A stretch of DNA of 64,000 bases from Macrostomum lignano. Its lineage: Eukaryota. The notes below the pieces were generated by a model. It was not told the DNA's origin. It saw only the letters and a list, made by a program, of their open reading frames with translations, and ran no database searches. Positions within the stretch are counted from its first letter, which is position 1. Each line of letters opens with the position of its first letter. Location: positions 224,313 through 288,312 of the forward strand of contig NIVC01001199.1 in the NCBI GenBank assembly GCA_002269645.1, read 5' to 3'. Of the stretch, positions 24,501 through 37,191 are shown piece by piece. The translations under genes were made by a program, and so were the position numbers.

Positions 24501-25943
24501 AGAAAAGTGCAATTTTTAAATCCTTAGACCTTATAAGAATTATTATATCATTTGGCTTCTGAATCAAATGTTTCCTATAGGCTTAGTAAGTGACAAAAAT
24601 ATTACAGTTAATATATTTATTATTGTTAATAATTAATCAATATTGATTATATAAAAGATACATGGATCTGTGTGGATAAAATTGGAACTATTGACACAGC
24701 TATAGACTATTGGCCTATAGACTTGAATGATAGCAGCTATTTCAATAAGCTGCCATGGGGATAAGCTGGAAATTATTGACATGGATCCGTGTGGATAAAA
24801 TTGGAATTATCAGTATGGGACTATGAATGTAAGGATAAGTACTTCCTATTAGAAAATAATATTTACTTAGTAATTTTGATTGGGGGGCCATAGCCCAGCG
24901 GTAGCGCAGCTACTCTGGTGTGCCAGCGACCTAGGCTCAATTCCAAGTGCAGTCACATTAATTTGGGGCTGAATTGGAATCTCGGCTTGGCTCTCTTGTG
25001 CAATTAACGGCCTTGAGAGCCAACCCCCCAAGGCGCAGTGAAGTGTATATGCCTAACGATAATATAAAGTTAGGGCCGCTGTACACTCCTGTGTGAGTAT
25101 GTGCCTGCGTATGTATCCGTGCACTTGTATGCCTGCTCAGGGGAGTCAGCGGAATGGGCAGTAATGCCTCTTGCCGGTTGTGTGCCCATGTCGCTTAAAG
25201 TGCGCCAGGGTGCACACAACCCCCCTGCCTCTAATAAAAAAAATTTTGATTGTTGTAATGTTTTTTTAACATTTTACACATTGTTTCTTTCAAGATAAAA
25301 CTATATACAGATAATTAATGCTATCATAGATATTTTAAAATTCATTTAACTTAAATCAATTTATTTTATATCTTTATTGCTTTTGAATTTGAATCACAAA
25401 ATTCTTTTTTTGAAAAACTTGCTTTAATTTTTTGGATTTCAATACTTGCTTTTATATTATTTAATTTGATTCAATACTAGGCTTACAGTTTAGGCCCTAT
25501 GACAAAAAATAGGAGGGCCTAATGGTTAAAATTGATATATATAGGCCTATATATTAATATCTACCTAATTTAAGACTTAGGTTTCAAAATTGATTCTGAA
25601 ATACATAGGCCTCTTTTTAATTATGGGCTATACATGTATTTGAAAGCTAGAATTATTAGCTCTTGTAAAACAAAGTAAAAATGGCCATAAATATAATATA
25701 GCATAATAAGTTTTTTTAAATATTTTTATAGACTATAATATAGCCATAGGCTAGGCCTATAGCATAGGCCTACATTTATTTATGATATCGATTCACTAAC
25801 ATTTTATACACATTTGCCTATTCAACTTAAATTATAGACAAAAGACAATCTAAACAATTCAAACAGTTTTTAAACAAGACTCACCTTTCTCCATAAAAAA
25901 GAACAACACCACCTCCTGTAGCATGGGCTTTGTTAATCGACAT
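21519..25943 (-). CDS. WBP2: WW domain-binding protein 2 (GRAM domain + PPxY tail); complement(join(21519..21608,22155..22412,23067..23318,23396..23498,25885..25943)), 253 aa
   Basis: Spliced product MSINKAHATGGGVVLFYGER|LLIFYDGCEV...KGSVFLTSHR|TICL...EVKQPIFGANRIEG...FNKGGAIEFAQ...|APPPY...PPPYPG...|SAYYSG...PPPAYEEKQPL*. All junctions are GT-AG and phase-compatible. Confidence 0.95.
21642..22086. repeat. Minisatellite, 33-bp unit (TTGATAATGAAGACAGGATCAGCTGATGAGGAC), ~13 copies, WBP2 intron 4
   Basis: Direct periodicity; ends ~33 nt from the acceptor. Confidence 0.96.
22631..22892 (+). mobile_element. tRNA-derived SINE, family A copy 1 (internally deleted), WBP2 intron 3
   Basis: A-box TAGCCCAGTGG, B-box-like GACTCGATTCC, 3' end CCTCTAATAAA; collinear with 24882-25243. 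Confidence 0.75.
23663..23929. repeat. Minisatellite, 30-bp unit (TCATTCAGATAGATTCAATGGTTTAACCTA), ~9 copies, WBP2 intron 1
   Basis: Direct periodicity. Confidence 0.95.
24882..25243 (+). mobile_element. tRNA-derived SINE, family A copy 2 (full length) with an 11-bp target-site duplication
   Basis: A-box TAGCCCAGCGG, B-box-like GGCTCAATTCC, AATAAAAAAAA tail; AATTTTGATTG at both 24872-24882 and 25242-25252. Confidence 0.82.
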
Positions 25944-27051
25944 TACGCTGCCGTAGACTCTTAGCTGTAGATCTTTTCGTGTTAATTAAACGTGACGATT
26001 TTGGATTACCAATCCAACTGCTTATTATCGATAATAAAGTAACTAGAGATTGTAACTAGGCCTGGTCCTGGAGCAAGTCTTAAAGTAGTATAGCTTAGCT
26101 AGCTAGCTAGATTGAACCAGATCGACCAAAGTTAAAAACAATTTGTTAGCATTATTTAGAAAAACAAAAACAATGACTAATTTAGGTTAATTAGTTTATT
26201 AAATTTACTAAAATGATTTTTAGAATTTTTTTAAAACAATTTTTTTTCTTTTAGTATCGCTATGATTGAAAGTTATGTGTAAATAGTTTTTAATGTATGC
26301 ATTTAACTTCGTGGTTTTAGAAGAATTTTTTCATAAATTCATTCTTGAAATGAAATATAACAGAGTTGATTGCCTTTAATTAATTTTCTATAGTTGTAAA
26401 TAGCGGTTGTAATGATACCATCTAATATAGGCTATGCGTATCCTTTTTAAACGAAATCACAATAAATTTTATTTTTTACTACCTTCTATGCAAAAGAAAT
26501 TAGTTTATTTACTCAAAGGTTCAAGAAACTTTAACAATTTGTTTTCTACGAGCCTATATGCAGACTTGACTTGCACGCTTGTATGTATTACTTGCAACCA
26601 AATGTATTAATTGCTTGATAATATAATGCATTAGATAATAGGTTACTCTAAGTTTCGTTAAAATTTCTGGACACTTAGTAAGATAAATTATTGTACGCTT
26701 GTATGTTGCTTACGACCTTACGTTACTAGTTACTAAAGAAAAATCAAACACTATAGCAATAAATGAAATTTCTTTCTTTTTAAAACACAAATTGCCTGTT
26801 CTGTCCCGTTTTCTGTAGCTAGCGATATTTTGTCTATCTGAAAATTTTCACTAGGCAAGCCAGGAAAGTAATACAGAGCAAAAATGATGTTTTGGTCAAG
26901 TAAAATGCCATATTCATAAGATGTTTATAATAAACTAGCAGCAAAACTATGCATCTAAACCAGTAAAATACTCTGTCTGTTTTTCGTTTTCCTTGACACC
27001 AATCTGTAAATCTGTAGCGAGCGGTATCTAGCTGCTCAGAACAATGAGATA

Positions 27052-30000
27052 ATGTCCAACAGGTCGGCGCAATCAGCTCCGGAGGATCAGGACTTTGTTT
27101 GGGAGCGCGGCCGAAAGCTGTCGGCCGACACAAATAAGCGACGAAAGTATGTACTTATTGATTCTCGTTTTATTCCAAATAATCCAAAGTCAGGTAGTTG
27201 CAGCACAAAAAAATTCCTAACCCTACCCCCCGCATCAGGCGCCAAGAGCAAAAGCAGCGTCGAGAAGCCGACTCAGAGGAGAAGCGTCGTCAGGAAATAC
27301 TGGAACTTCGACGCCAGAAACTGAAAGAAGCCACGGAGAAATACCAGCGCTGTAGAGGAACTCGGAAAGCTGTCGAACGGCGCAATCGATGTGAGTTTCC
27401 AACACTTTTGTCTAATAAATGAACTTTATTCGTATGTACGCTTGTATACTGTATGTTAGAGCTGCTGGCTAGCTGTTAATCTGTCTTCCACGAAAGGCAA
27501 CACATAAGTTTTTGGCTTTTGAACAAAAATCAGCCACAATCATGGGCTTATTGTGTTTTATCGCCCATTTTGCAAACCCCCTCAGTGTCCAGAGTGTGTA
27601 CATGCCTGAAAATGAGAAAGTCAAGGCCGCTGAACATCCTGTGTACGTATTCGTGAGGGTGCGCCCTAAGTCTCCCTCATAAACTAGCTAAACATGTAGC
27701 TACTGCATGCCAGTGTGCTAGTCCGTGTCCCGGAACTTGCTGCTCGCATACAATGTCCCCAGAGGTATTCGACCTCTAGAACTTCTAAAAATAATGCACT
27801 ATTACATATCATAATAATTTTATCCCTGCTGAAAACTACCAAGCAAAAACGTGACTTTTCTAACCATCCACAGCGAACAGCGCAACCAGACACGACTTTG
27901 GCTACAGCAACAAGGAGCTGGAGGACACTCTCAGACTGCTGCAAGGCGGCAGCGGCGGTTTGCAGCGCTTCGGTAGTCACGATGGGCTCAACGGGCGCGC
28001 CGGCAGCGCTGGGTTCAGCCAAACTCAGCCGAGTCAGCCGCCGCCAGTGCCACCACAGCATCAGAAGCCGCCGCCGTCCGGTGGAGCGACTGCTAGTTTC
28101 TTAGAAAAGTACGGCGGCGGCGGAGGCTCCGGCAGTCGTCCGATGTCCTCCACGTCGAACAATCGCGGACAGCAACAGCAGCAACAACAAAAACAGCAAA
28201 ACCAAAAAAGCTTATTTGAGCAGCAACTGGCTGACTTTCAGCAGAAAAAGTGGGAAAGCCAAAAGCGCTCGATGCTGGACTTTCAGCAGGATCTTGAGTC
28301 CACTCTGCAGTCGGCTGCTCCGCCACCGCCAGTCGCTGATGAAGACGAACCAGCTGACGAAGACCAGCTGAATGACAGTCTGAACTCTGCCAGAACGTAC
28401 GATCGCTTTGTGCCGGAGGAGACGCCAGCGCCGGCGCCACGCAAAGCTGCCGAGCCAGCGGAGACGTTCGAATCTTTCGATTCAACGGCCGCTCTTCGGC
28501 CGGAACTGTTTCGCGCTGCGGCGCCAAATTCGCCACCGGAGCCGCAACCAGAAGTGCCAGAAAAATTCGAAACGGAGCCGCGAGGCATTCTCAAGAAGCA
28601 GACTTCCTACAGCTCTGACGGTGGTTCGTCCTCAACAGTTGAGATCCCCGTGTTCCTGCCGCCCCAGTCGCAACCAGCTGTCTTCAGCGAAGCTCGAGCA
28701 GGTCGCCTCCGTGACAGCGTTGAAATCTCGCGGGTAACGCTAAATCATCACCAGCAGGAGCCGGCACAGCCGGGGCAACAGGCGCAGCAGCAACAGCAAG
28801 ACGACGGTCGCAAAAAGAGCGTCCGATTTGCCGAGACACTGTTCGAGGAGCAGCTGCTGCATCCGCGCAGCCCGGAGACACAGCCTCCGCAGCCGCAGCC
28901 TCGCGGAGAAACCGCGTCGAACCGGGCGCCGCGTCCTACGTCCGGTCGTCCGACGGCCTCACAGCGAGCTGCGCAAGCGAATGGCGAGCAGCAACTGGCG
29001 GCTTGCGGCACTCGGATGCAGCAGGGCGGCCGGGCGAAGCTGCCCCAGACGGAGGCGACGCCGCTGACTGCGGAGCCGAGCGCGGACTCGGAGACACCGC
29101 CGCCTCCGCCCAGTCCCACAACGACTAGCAACGCTGTCGAAGGATTTTTCCCCGAGCCGGCGGCGGAGGAAAAGCCGCGGCAGCGGGTTGAAGTTTGCAT
29201 TCCGAACCAGGCAACTACGGAGCAAACTGCTGGAGCTCCCTCTGCTACTTCCGTTTCTTCTGTTGCTGCCTCCGCCGCCGGCGCATCAAAGCCCCCGGTG
29301 CCACCTGCGACATCTGGTCCGGGCTATGCCGCGCTGATGTCCAAGAAGCCGCCCAAGCCGTACAAGCCGCGGGCCCGGCCGGTGAAAGTGACTTCGTCTA
29401 CCCTCAACCGCCTTGTAGCGTCGCCCCAGTCGGGTGCAGCGCCCGTTCCGCCGAACGTTGCGACGCCACCGTCCGATCAGCTGCAACCGCCGCAGCCTCA
29501 GCTTCGCTCCGGTCCGCTGCCGAAGAGGACAGTCTCCGACCCGAATCTCAGTCAGCAGCAACAGCAACAACAGCAGCAGCAGCCAATCTCGCTGGATCGT
29601 ACACCAACAGATCAGGAGATCGACTTCCTCTGGTCACAGGTGCGCGAATGTCTCAACCGATCGACCAGCAGTTTGGCTACCGAATCCGACGCAAGCGTCC
29701 GCAGCGCCCCGGTGCCTCGAGTCCCGCAACAGCCGGTCGCTTCGCACCTGCTGATCGACGGGTCCAACCTGATGATGTTCGGCGGTCCTGGCGGCTCCGC
29801 CAGGGTCCACAGCGGCAGCGGCCTGCCTCCTCGGGTGGGCTCTGCGGCGCTGCTCCAGCACCGACAGCCGGCTGCCAGTCGTTTCCTGGAGCAGAACCAG
29901 CTGCTCACCGCTCAGCAGCGTCGCCAGGGTCTCGCCGGAGTTGCCGCCGCGCGCCAGCCTACCGCCGCTTCAGAGCGACCTCCGCTGCCGCCATCGTCGA

Positions 30001-31733
30001 CGACAAGTGGCGTCGCGAGACAGGCTTTCAACGAACCGACAGCGCCTCTGCCGCAGCCCCGGCATTCGCAGCAGCAGCAGCAGGCTGGCACTGGAAATAG
30101 CGGAGCGTTCGCGCCAGGTGAGGAGATGAGCTTTACCTGTTGAGTTGCTACAAAGTTAAGCAGAAGTTGGCTGCGGTTAGTACGCAGCCGAATCGGCTGA
30201 TTGCATCACCCCCTCAGGACAGCCACAGTGAGAGATTGGTCAACAAAGCTGAGCTCCAGTTTTGATTAAGTTGCAGCTCTGAGCTGCTATAGAAATGTAT
30301 AATGTGGGAGCTGCGATCAGCACTGCACAAGCGGTACTCAGCCCTCAGAGGAGACATTTGGGAACTGCGATTCGAACTAGCATCGGGCCATTATGACTAT
30401 TCGATGTCAACTGGTCTTAATCCCTGTGCACAAGAACCGCTCAATTTTCAAGTTGTATTTACATGTAACTATCAGTACGCACACACACAATAAGAGATTT
30501 GCTTCATGTTCTTCGCTTGCTAGTCTTTAGTAGGCGTGTTTACAATAACCGCTCCCACCACCGCCTACCAACCACTTCAGTGAGCGACTCGCTCGCGGAG
30601 TTCCTGGCCAACGAGATGGCACTGAGCTCAGTCGATGGCTCGGCAAGCAGCAGCCCGCGCGGCAGCGCCAGCAGCCAGCAGCCGCCGGTCCAAGCAGCTC
30701 CGGCGGCTGCTCGCCCGGCCTCATCTGTCCGCCGCGGCGTCATGCTTCGGCATCGGCAGCAGAACTCGCCACTGTCGCTCAACCTAATGACGCCGCCGAT
30801 GCCGCAAGCTGAGGCGGCGCCCGCTCCGGCAGCGTCTAGACAGCGTAAGTGGCTTAGGGTGGCAGTCTGCCCAAACCATAAAGCTGTAACCCTCGCCCTA
30901 AACCTCTTTATAACCCTCTCCCTAACCCTCTCCCTAACCCTCTCCCTAACCCTCTCCCTAACCCTCTCCCTAACCCTCTCCCTAACCCTCTCCCTAACCC
31001 TCTCCCTAACCCTCTCCCTAACCTTCTCCCTAACCCTCTCCGTAACCCTCTCCCAAACCTTCTTCCAAACCCTCTCCCTAAACCCCCTCCCTAACCCTCG
31101 TCCTAACCCTCTCCCTAACACTCTCCCTAACCCTCTACCTAACCCTCTTCCTAACCCTCTCCCAAACCCTCGTCCTAACCCTCTCCCTAACACTCTCCCT
31201 AACCCTCTCCCTAACCCTCTCCCTAACCCTCTCCCTAACCCTCTCCCTAACCCTCTCCCTAACCCTCTCCCTAACCCTCCCCCTAACCCTTTCCCTAACC
31301 CTTGCCCTACCCTCGCACTAACCCTAGCCCTAACCCTCGCCCTAACACTCGCACTAGCCCTCGAAGTCCTTTGCCGAAGCGACGCTATATTGCTACCCTA
31401 ACCGTCGCCAAACCTTGTAGTTCATCATTTGGAGCCAGAAAGCGTCAATTTTCGAGTGGCAACTCTCATCTTTATTGCAGAAATCTTCATTTTGACAAAT
31501 GAATCGTCATTTAATCGCCTTGGCGCTTTTTGTCTCGTCCTTTGAGTAGTTCTAACTAAAATTATATATCCCAGGGTTTCAAAAAAAGCATGAAACAAGA
31601 GTCCTAAACTCATGAATCACCAAAATCCATCAATTCCCTACTCCCAATTACAGAGCAGCCTTCGCAACTGTCGCTAGAAGAGCAGCGACTAATGAAATCG
31701 TTGGACCGATTGAACACAAAACTGGGAAGGTGA
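27052..31733 (+). CDS. CEP126: CEP126 (KIAA1377)-like centrosomal protein; approx. join(27052..27146,27239..27390,27874..30117,~30524..30844,31654..~31733)
   Basis: Recalled CEP126 blocks in the expected order: TNKRRK..ILELRRQKLKEATEKYQR (K1377-like coil), ELEDTLRLLQ, GILKK, LRDSVEI, KKSVRF, TPTDQEIDFLWSQVRECL, VSDSLAEFLANE, LSLEEQRLMKSLDRLN. The exon 4 acceptor, the true 5' end and the final stop are uncertain. Confidence 0.72.
30890..31400. repeat. Telomere-like interstitial array (CCCTAACCCTCT)n, degenerating at the edges, in a CEP126-like intron
   Basis: Alternating CCCTAA/CCCTCT hexamers. Confidence 0.93.
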
Positions 31734-33678
31734 GAGCTCTGAGAGTCTCAGAATTTAGTATAGCAAAGCAATAAATTATGATAAGATAGATAATTAATAA
31801 GCTCGATTTGAAGCTGAAGATTAGCCAGTTTCCATCAATTTACTTCGCAGAAATTACATGTATTTTGCTTTGTTACTACTTATTATCTGTAACAGAAAAT
31901 TAGTATGCACGCACATTTTTTCTACTTATACATGAATCGTATGATTCCCAGGATAAATGCCATTGTAATAAAAGAAACCAGGTTACTGTAAATTTAAATA
32001 TATTCAAATGTTCGCCAACAGATTTCGTTAAACAAATTTAAACATCTATAATATATTTGGTTTGAAACCCATTCAGGACTTAGAACATTCTGAGTGGCTA
32101 AATCCTGAAAAATATTATAACTAATAAGCATTAAAAAGTAATTTCTGCTGCTGTCATGCAATAAAACAAAACAATGAGAATGATAATTTCGGCACGCTTC
32201 GTATCAGCATGAAAATCTAAAGATGATAATTATGTACCACCTTTGAATTTCAGTGACCGGTCATAGCCATGAAGCTTGGTGTCAAGTAAAACCTCAATTT
32301 GGCTGCCACCAATTACTTTGATTGATTCAGAATTTAATATGAAAAATCGAATATGTATCAGATGTATCTTAGAAAGATCAAAATCAAACAATTTGCCTTA
32401 AATATCAATTTGTGCCTATCCAACTATATTTTCAGCGACTTTTAATAACAGTTTTCTGTTATTAATTGTTTTTTATTTGCTGCTAATCATTTTACTGATC
32501 AAATATGATATATTACAGTGTTCGATGCCTTAAAATTTAATTTATTTATTATTCTTTGTTGTCTTTTATCTAACCTGGTAAATGCATGTGATTTTCCGCC
32601 TGAGCAGCGCTTAGTCTTCTGTGTCCATGCAAATTATTCTTGAATATTTTTTACAACTTTTTTTTCTCGTTTCGTAACCGGGTACATTTTCTAAGAAAGC
32701 CATGGAAGATTAAATTGACGTCACATATGGTACCAACAAGGCTATTCCGTATGCATGAATGCGTTTTTTATTATTTAGTAATCTACTTTATAATGGAAAA
32801 GATTGATTGATTCCTGGTAATGAACTCTAATCTTGTTCTCAAATTGACTTTCTTCTTTAAAGTGCTGTGCCTGTTTGTATATTGTGCATTTTATGTCTGC
32901 CTTAATACCCAACAATTATGTCACATATCTTTGTGTGTAATTTTTTTGCGAAACCTGTTCGAAATTTATTGTGATTTATAAAGAAATACGAAGTAGACAC
33001 TCCATATTTACGAGAAAGCTCTGCATGTAGCGGTCAATACATGGAGTCAGGGTTGCATATCGACTTTAAAGAGTGCACGAGCTACTTACAACTTCGATAG
33101 TTTTAACTTTACTTGGTTTTTTCGTCTAACAGGCTAAAACACAGTCTGTCAGAAGAACTACAAGAGTATGAGCTAGAAATATGAATTAGCTCTTACTTTA
33201 TTTTAGTTTACTTTAGTTTTTAGTTTCTAGGCCTTTCTATTGTTCAATTTTCTAAATAATTCAGAGACATAATGCGCCAAACTTTCTACTCTTAGTAGGC
33301 TATAAATAAAATAACGATTTATTCTTTCACACTACATCTCTGCTGGAGAGAAGATTCTAGAAAGTTTATACAGATTTCCACATATGGAAACTGGATGCCT
33401 GACGGAGAATACGAGCTAAAGAAACTCTGCTCAAGCTGCTCAAGAATTTACAAGGTCGAGGCAGAGTTTGCTCAACAATTCCAGCTCTGCGAGTGTATTC
33501 AATCCCTTACCCCTCGCCTCACTCTATTGTTCCGAGCAACTGCAAACACAAGAGAAATATGAGAGAGCAAAAAAAACTAGAATATGCCAGGAGAAGCCGA
33601 GCTAGTTCGCATCAAGCATCTTCTGCTTGTGCTTGCTTTCAAAACAGTTGAGTCTGTCCATAGTGGCAAGCCGAAAGC

Positions 33679-36389
33679 ATGGCTGAGATATTCCAGCAGC
33701 TCTACAGCATCAACATTGTCAGCTACGTTGGTGTTGAAGACTTTGCCGACAGACTGAGCTTCCAGATCACCGTCACCCTGCTGACTGCGTGCTGCGGCCT
33801 CACAACTTTCATGTGCTACATCATGCGGCCGGTGGCCTGCTTCCAGCACAACACCTTCGGCGAGTTTATGGATGGAAAGGTGACAGTTAAATCAACTCTT
33901 CAGCTACCTCAGGAATTACCCTGTGAATTTACCACCGCCACTATACCCAATACAATAAAATCAGACTCCATTTTACAAGTACAATTTTAACGTCTTCCAT
34001 AAACCACAAATTTAGAGTCACAAATTCTCGGCACATTCCGTTTACTCCTGAGCACACACAAGCCCGCCAATACTATACACTCTATCTGTGCTTTGGGGTC
34101 GGCCCTCGCACGACAACGACAACCCCCGATTAACTTTTGTGCACAAGCTCCAATGTGGCCGTGGAGCAAAGGAATCAGATGCGTTTATCGCCGAGCCGCA
34201 TCGCCTCCCTTACCCAGCCTGCTATACCAGAAGCTACTCAAAAAATGACTAACCTAGTGCTAAATTCTCCTGTGCTGGCACAAATTTCCAGGACATCGGC
34301 GGCCAGATCGAATATTCGACTAATTTCTGCTGGACCGAGGGCACCTACGCGGTGCATCCAAATAATTTCAGCATCGACATCACGGCCAGAGACGGCGGCA
34401 TGAGTGCCTACGCGGACAAGAAGATTGTCTACTACCAGTGGGTGCCGTTCCTGCTGGCCCTGCAGGCACTGATGTTCTACCTGCCTCGGCTGCTGTGGAA
34501 CAGCATCAGCTACGACAGGGCCGGCACAGACGTCGGCCACATCATCAAAGTGGCCAGCGATGCCGGCAGAGAAGAAGAGGAAGCGCACGACAAGCTGATC
34601 ACCTATGCGGTCAGAATGATCGAAGTGATGCTTGACAGGACGCACAAGTGTCACGAGGAGCGGCCGTTGGTTGCGACGACTAAGAATAAGTGCTCCAGGT
34701 GAGGCCGACTGTGGGAGCGGTACGAACGGATACGTGTTGGGGACGAAATGACAAGTGCAGCAACAGGGACGGACAGTGTCAGCGATAGTGACGATTCACA
34801 GCCGAAAGGACCAGCCCCCAAGGCACAGAGTGTGTGTGCCTGACTATTGAAAAGACAGGGTCGCTTATCCTTGTGCGAGCGTGTGTATGACGCTGATGAT
34901 GTCGCCGTGGTGGGGAGGCTTCACAAGCGCTGAACTTCACAAACGCTAAAACACAAATGTCGCCTACTTTCACAAGCGCTAAAATAGTATATTAGTATAT
35001 TAGTATATATAGTATATTAACATTTTAGCGCTTGTAAAAGAAGCCGAAATTCGTGTTTTGGGGATTGTAAAGGTTAGCGGTTGTGAAGTTTAGCGTTTGT
35101 GAAGTTTAGCGCTTGTGAAGTTCAGCGCTTGTGAAAGTAGGTGGTTTCGCTATTATGAAGTTTAGCGCTTGTGAAATTTAGCGCTTGTGAAAGTCAATGT
35201 CGTTAGCGGTTATGAAAATTAGCGCTTGTGAAAGTCAATGTCGTTAGCGGTTATGAAAATTAGCGCTTGTGAAAGCGACCCGCCGTGGTGCCGCAGCCCT
35301 CCTGCGAATATTTATTTTTACGACACTACTCCAGTCTCACCAAGAACGAGATGCAACGCTTAGCAAAGACTCCCCCAACCCGCTTATTCCACCGATTTCA
35401 GCTTCCTGTCCGTAGCGCTGCCGTCCCGCATATCGGGTAGCTGGCTAATCTTCACCTACTTGGTTGTTAAGCTGACCTACGCTAGCAACGCCGTTGCTCA
35501 ACTGGTGCTGATGCAGTACTTCCTGCAGTTGCACGGCTCGCACTATCATCTGCTGGGCATCAGCCTCCTGAGCGACATTGTGCGCGGCCACGATTGGCAC
35601 AACAGCATGGCTTTCCCCCGCGTCGGCTGCTGCGCCGTTTTTATGCGCTCTGGCGCGGCAGGCAACTGGCAATTCTGCCAGTGCACCCTGCCGGTGAACA
35701 TCATCAACGAGAAAATCTACATCTTTCTGTGGTTCTGGTTCATCTTTGTAGCCGCTGCAACTCTGCTGAGCACCATCGTCTGGCTCTACCGACTTGTTAA
35801 CGCCAGCTTAACCTGCCGATTCGTGAAGAAATACCTCCGGCTCGCCGATAATTATTCGGTCGAGCTGCGCAACCGCAAGAGATTTCTGCGCAACTTCACG
35901 CATCAGTTCCTGCGACGGGACGGCGCCTTCGTGCTCAAGATGGTCGCATTAAACGCCGGCGATGTTGTCTGCGCCGAGATCATCCAGCGCCTGTGGCAGC
36001 ACTATCTCGTAGATGAAGGCTTCAGCGACGACGGGGAGGCGGCCGAGGAGTCGCTGCTGTTGGAGGAGGGATCTGAGCAGCAGCAGCAGCAGCCTCAGCA
36101 AGCGGAGCTGAAGAAGCCCGAGACCGGCATTCTCAAGCTGTCGTGCGACCGCCTGCCACCAAAGCTGGAATCATCCAGAAGGAGGCTTCGAAGGTCGTCG
36201 CTTGGAACGCCAACCGCCGCCGCCGCTGAGGCTGCCGCTGCCGCCGCTGCGACAGCCGCCGAGGACCCGACCGTGGCGGCGACTTTGCCCCAGAAACGCT
36301 GCCTGAAAGGTGGCCTCAGCCGCGGCGTCAGCTTCCACATTGACGAGGACCGAGATGACGAGGCGGACAGTGAGGGAATCAAGTCTTGA
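33679..36389 (+). CDS. Innexin; join(33679..33879,34292..34698,35402..36389), 531 aa
   Basis: GVEDFADRLS, PVAC, NFCWTEGTY, YYQWVPF.L.LQALMFYLPRLLW, FPRVGCC, CTLPVNIINEKIYIFLWFW, FL..DG.FVL. Junction phases (0 and 2) are consistent. Confidence 0.95.
35050..35278. repeat. Degenerate short-unit array with TTAGCGCTTGTGAA core, innexin intron 2
   Basis: Core recurs ~10 times with variable spacing. Confidence 0.8.
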
Positions 36390-36938
36390 ACTCGAATCGG
36401 CTTGAATTTCGCAACTCGCGAGGCTACTTTCAATAGCAGCTGTGCATCAGTTGCATCGTTTCAAAATCCAAGAATTTATTTAGCGCCGAGTTTTGTGAAA
36501 ATATCTACGGTCCTATTTAGCTATCGAGAGTTTATTTTGTAAATTTAAAATATATACCTTGCATTACAACCGTTTCGGTTATCTATAAAAGTTTTTTTTA
36601 AACTCCAAGCTGCCCTATGGTTAGCAAAGCTGGCCCTGGCTTAGCTTTAGCCGTTGTTAATATTCCAATATTTCTACAGTCAATGACTGAGACAAGCCAT
36701 AGTTCTACTAAGCCTTTCCTGCCAGCAACACTGACCACATAATATCCACCAGAGGAAATGCATGTTTGCTTACTTCTATATGTAAAACTGTGAAGCCGAT
36801 TATCACAATTTGGTGTACACCTACCTATAGAATTTGTTCTATAGCTGGCCAATCTACATTGGCTCTGTACTGTACGAAATGTACAGTATTGTATAATGTA
36901 CAGCTAATTCTTCGCATAGACAAAATGCTCTCTTCTCT

Positions 36939-37191
36939 GCAGCGATAGTCTATGGCCAGCCCTGCTGACCATGTATAAACAATATGTTCCCTTCCCCGCA
37001 GCGATAGTCTATGGCCAGCCCTGCTGACCATGTATAAACAATATGTTCCCTTCCCCGCAGCGATAGTCTATGGCCAGCCCTGCTGACCATGTATAAACAA
37101 TATGCTCCCTACACCGCAGCAATAGTCTATGGCCAGGCCTACTGACCGTGTTTAAAAAATTTGCTCCCTTCCCTGCAGCGATAGTCTATGA
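36939..37191. repeat. 59-bp unit tandem repeat (GCAGCGATAGTCTATGGCCAGCC...), ~4 copies
   Basis: Units start at 36939 and 36998, and so on. Confidence 0.92.

Noticed and set aside
30890-31400. True chromosome end or telomere
   Set aside because: Only alternate hexamers are CCCTAA, and the array sits in an intron with coding exons on both sides.
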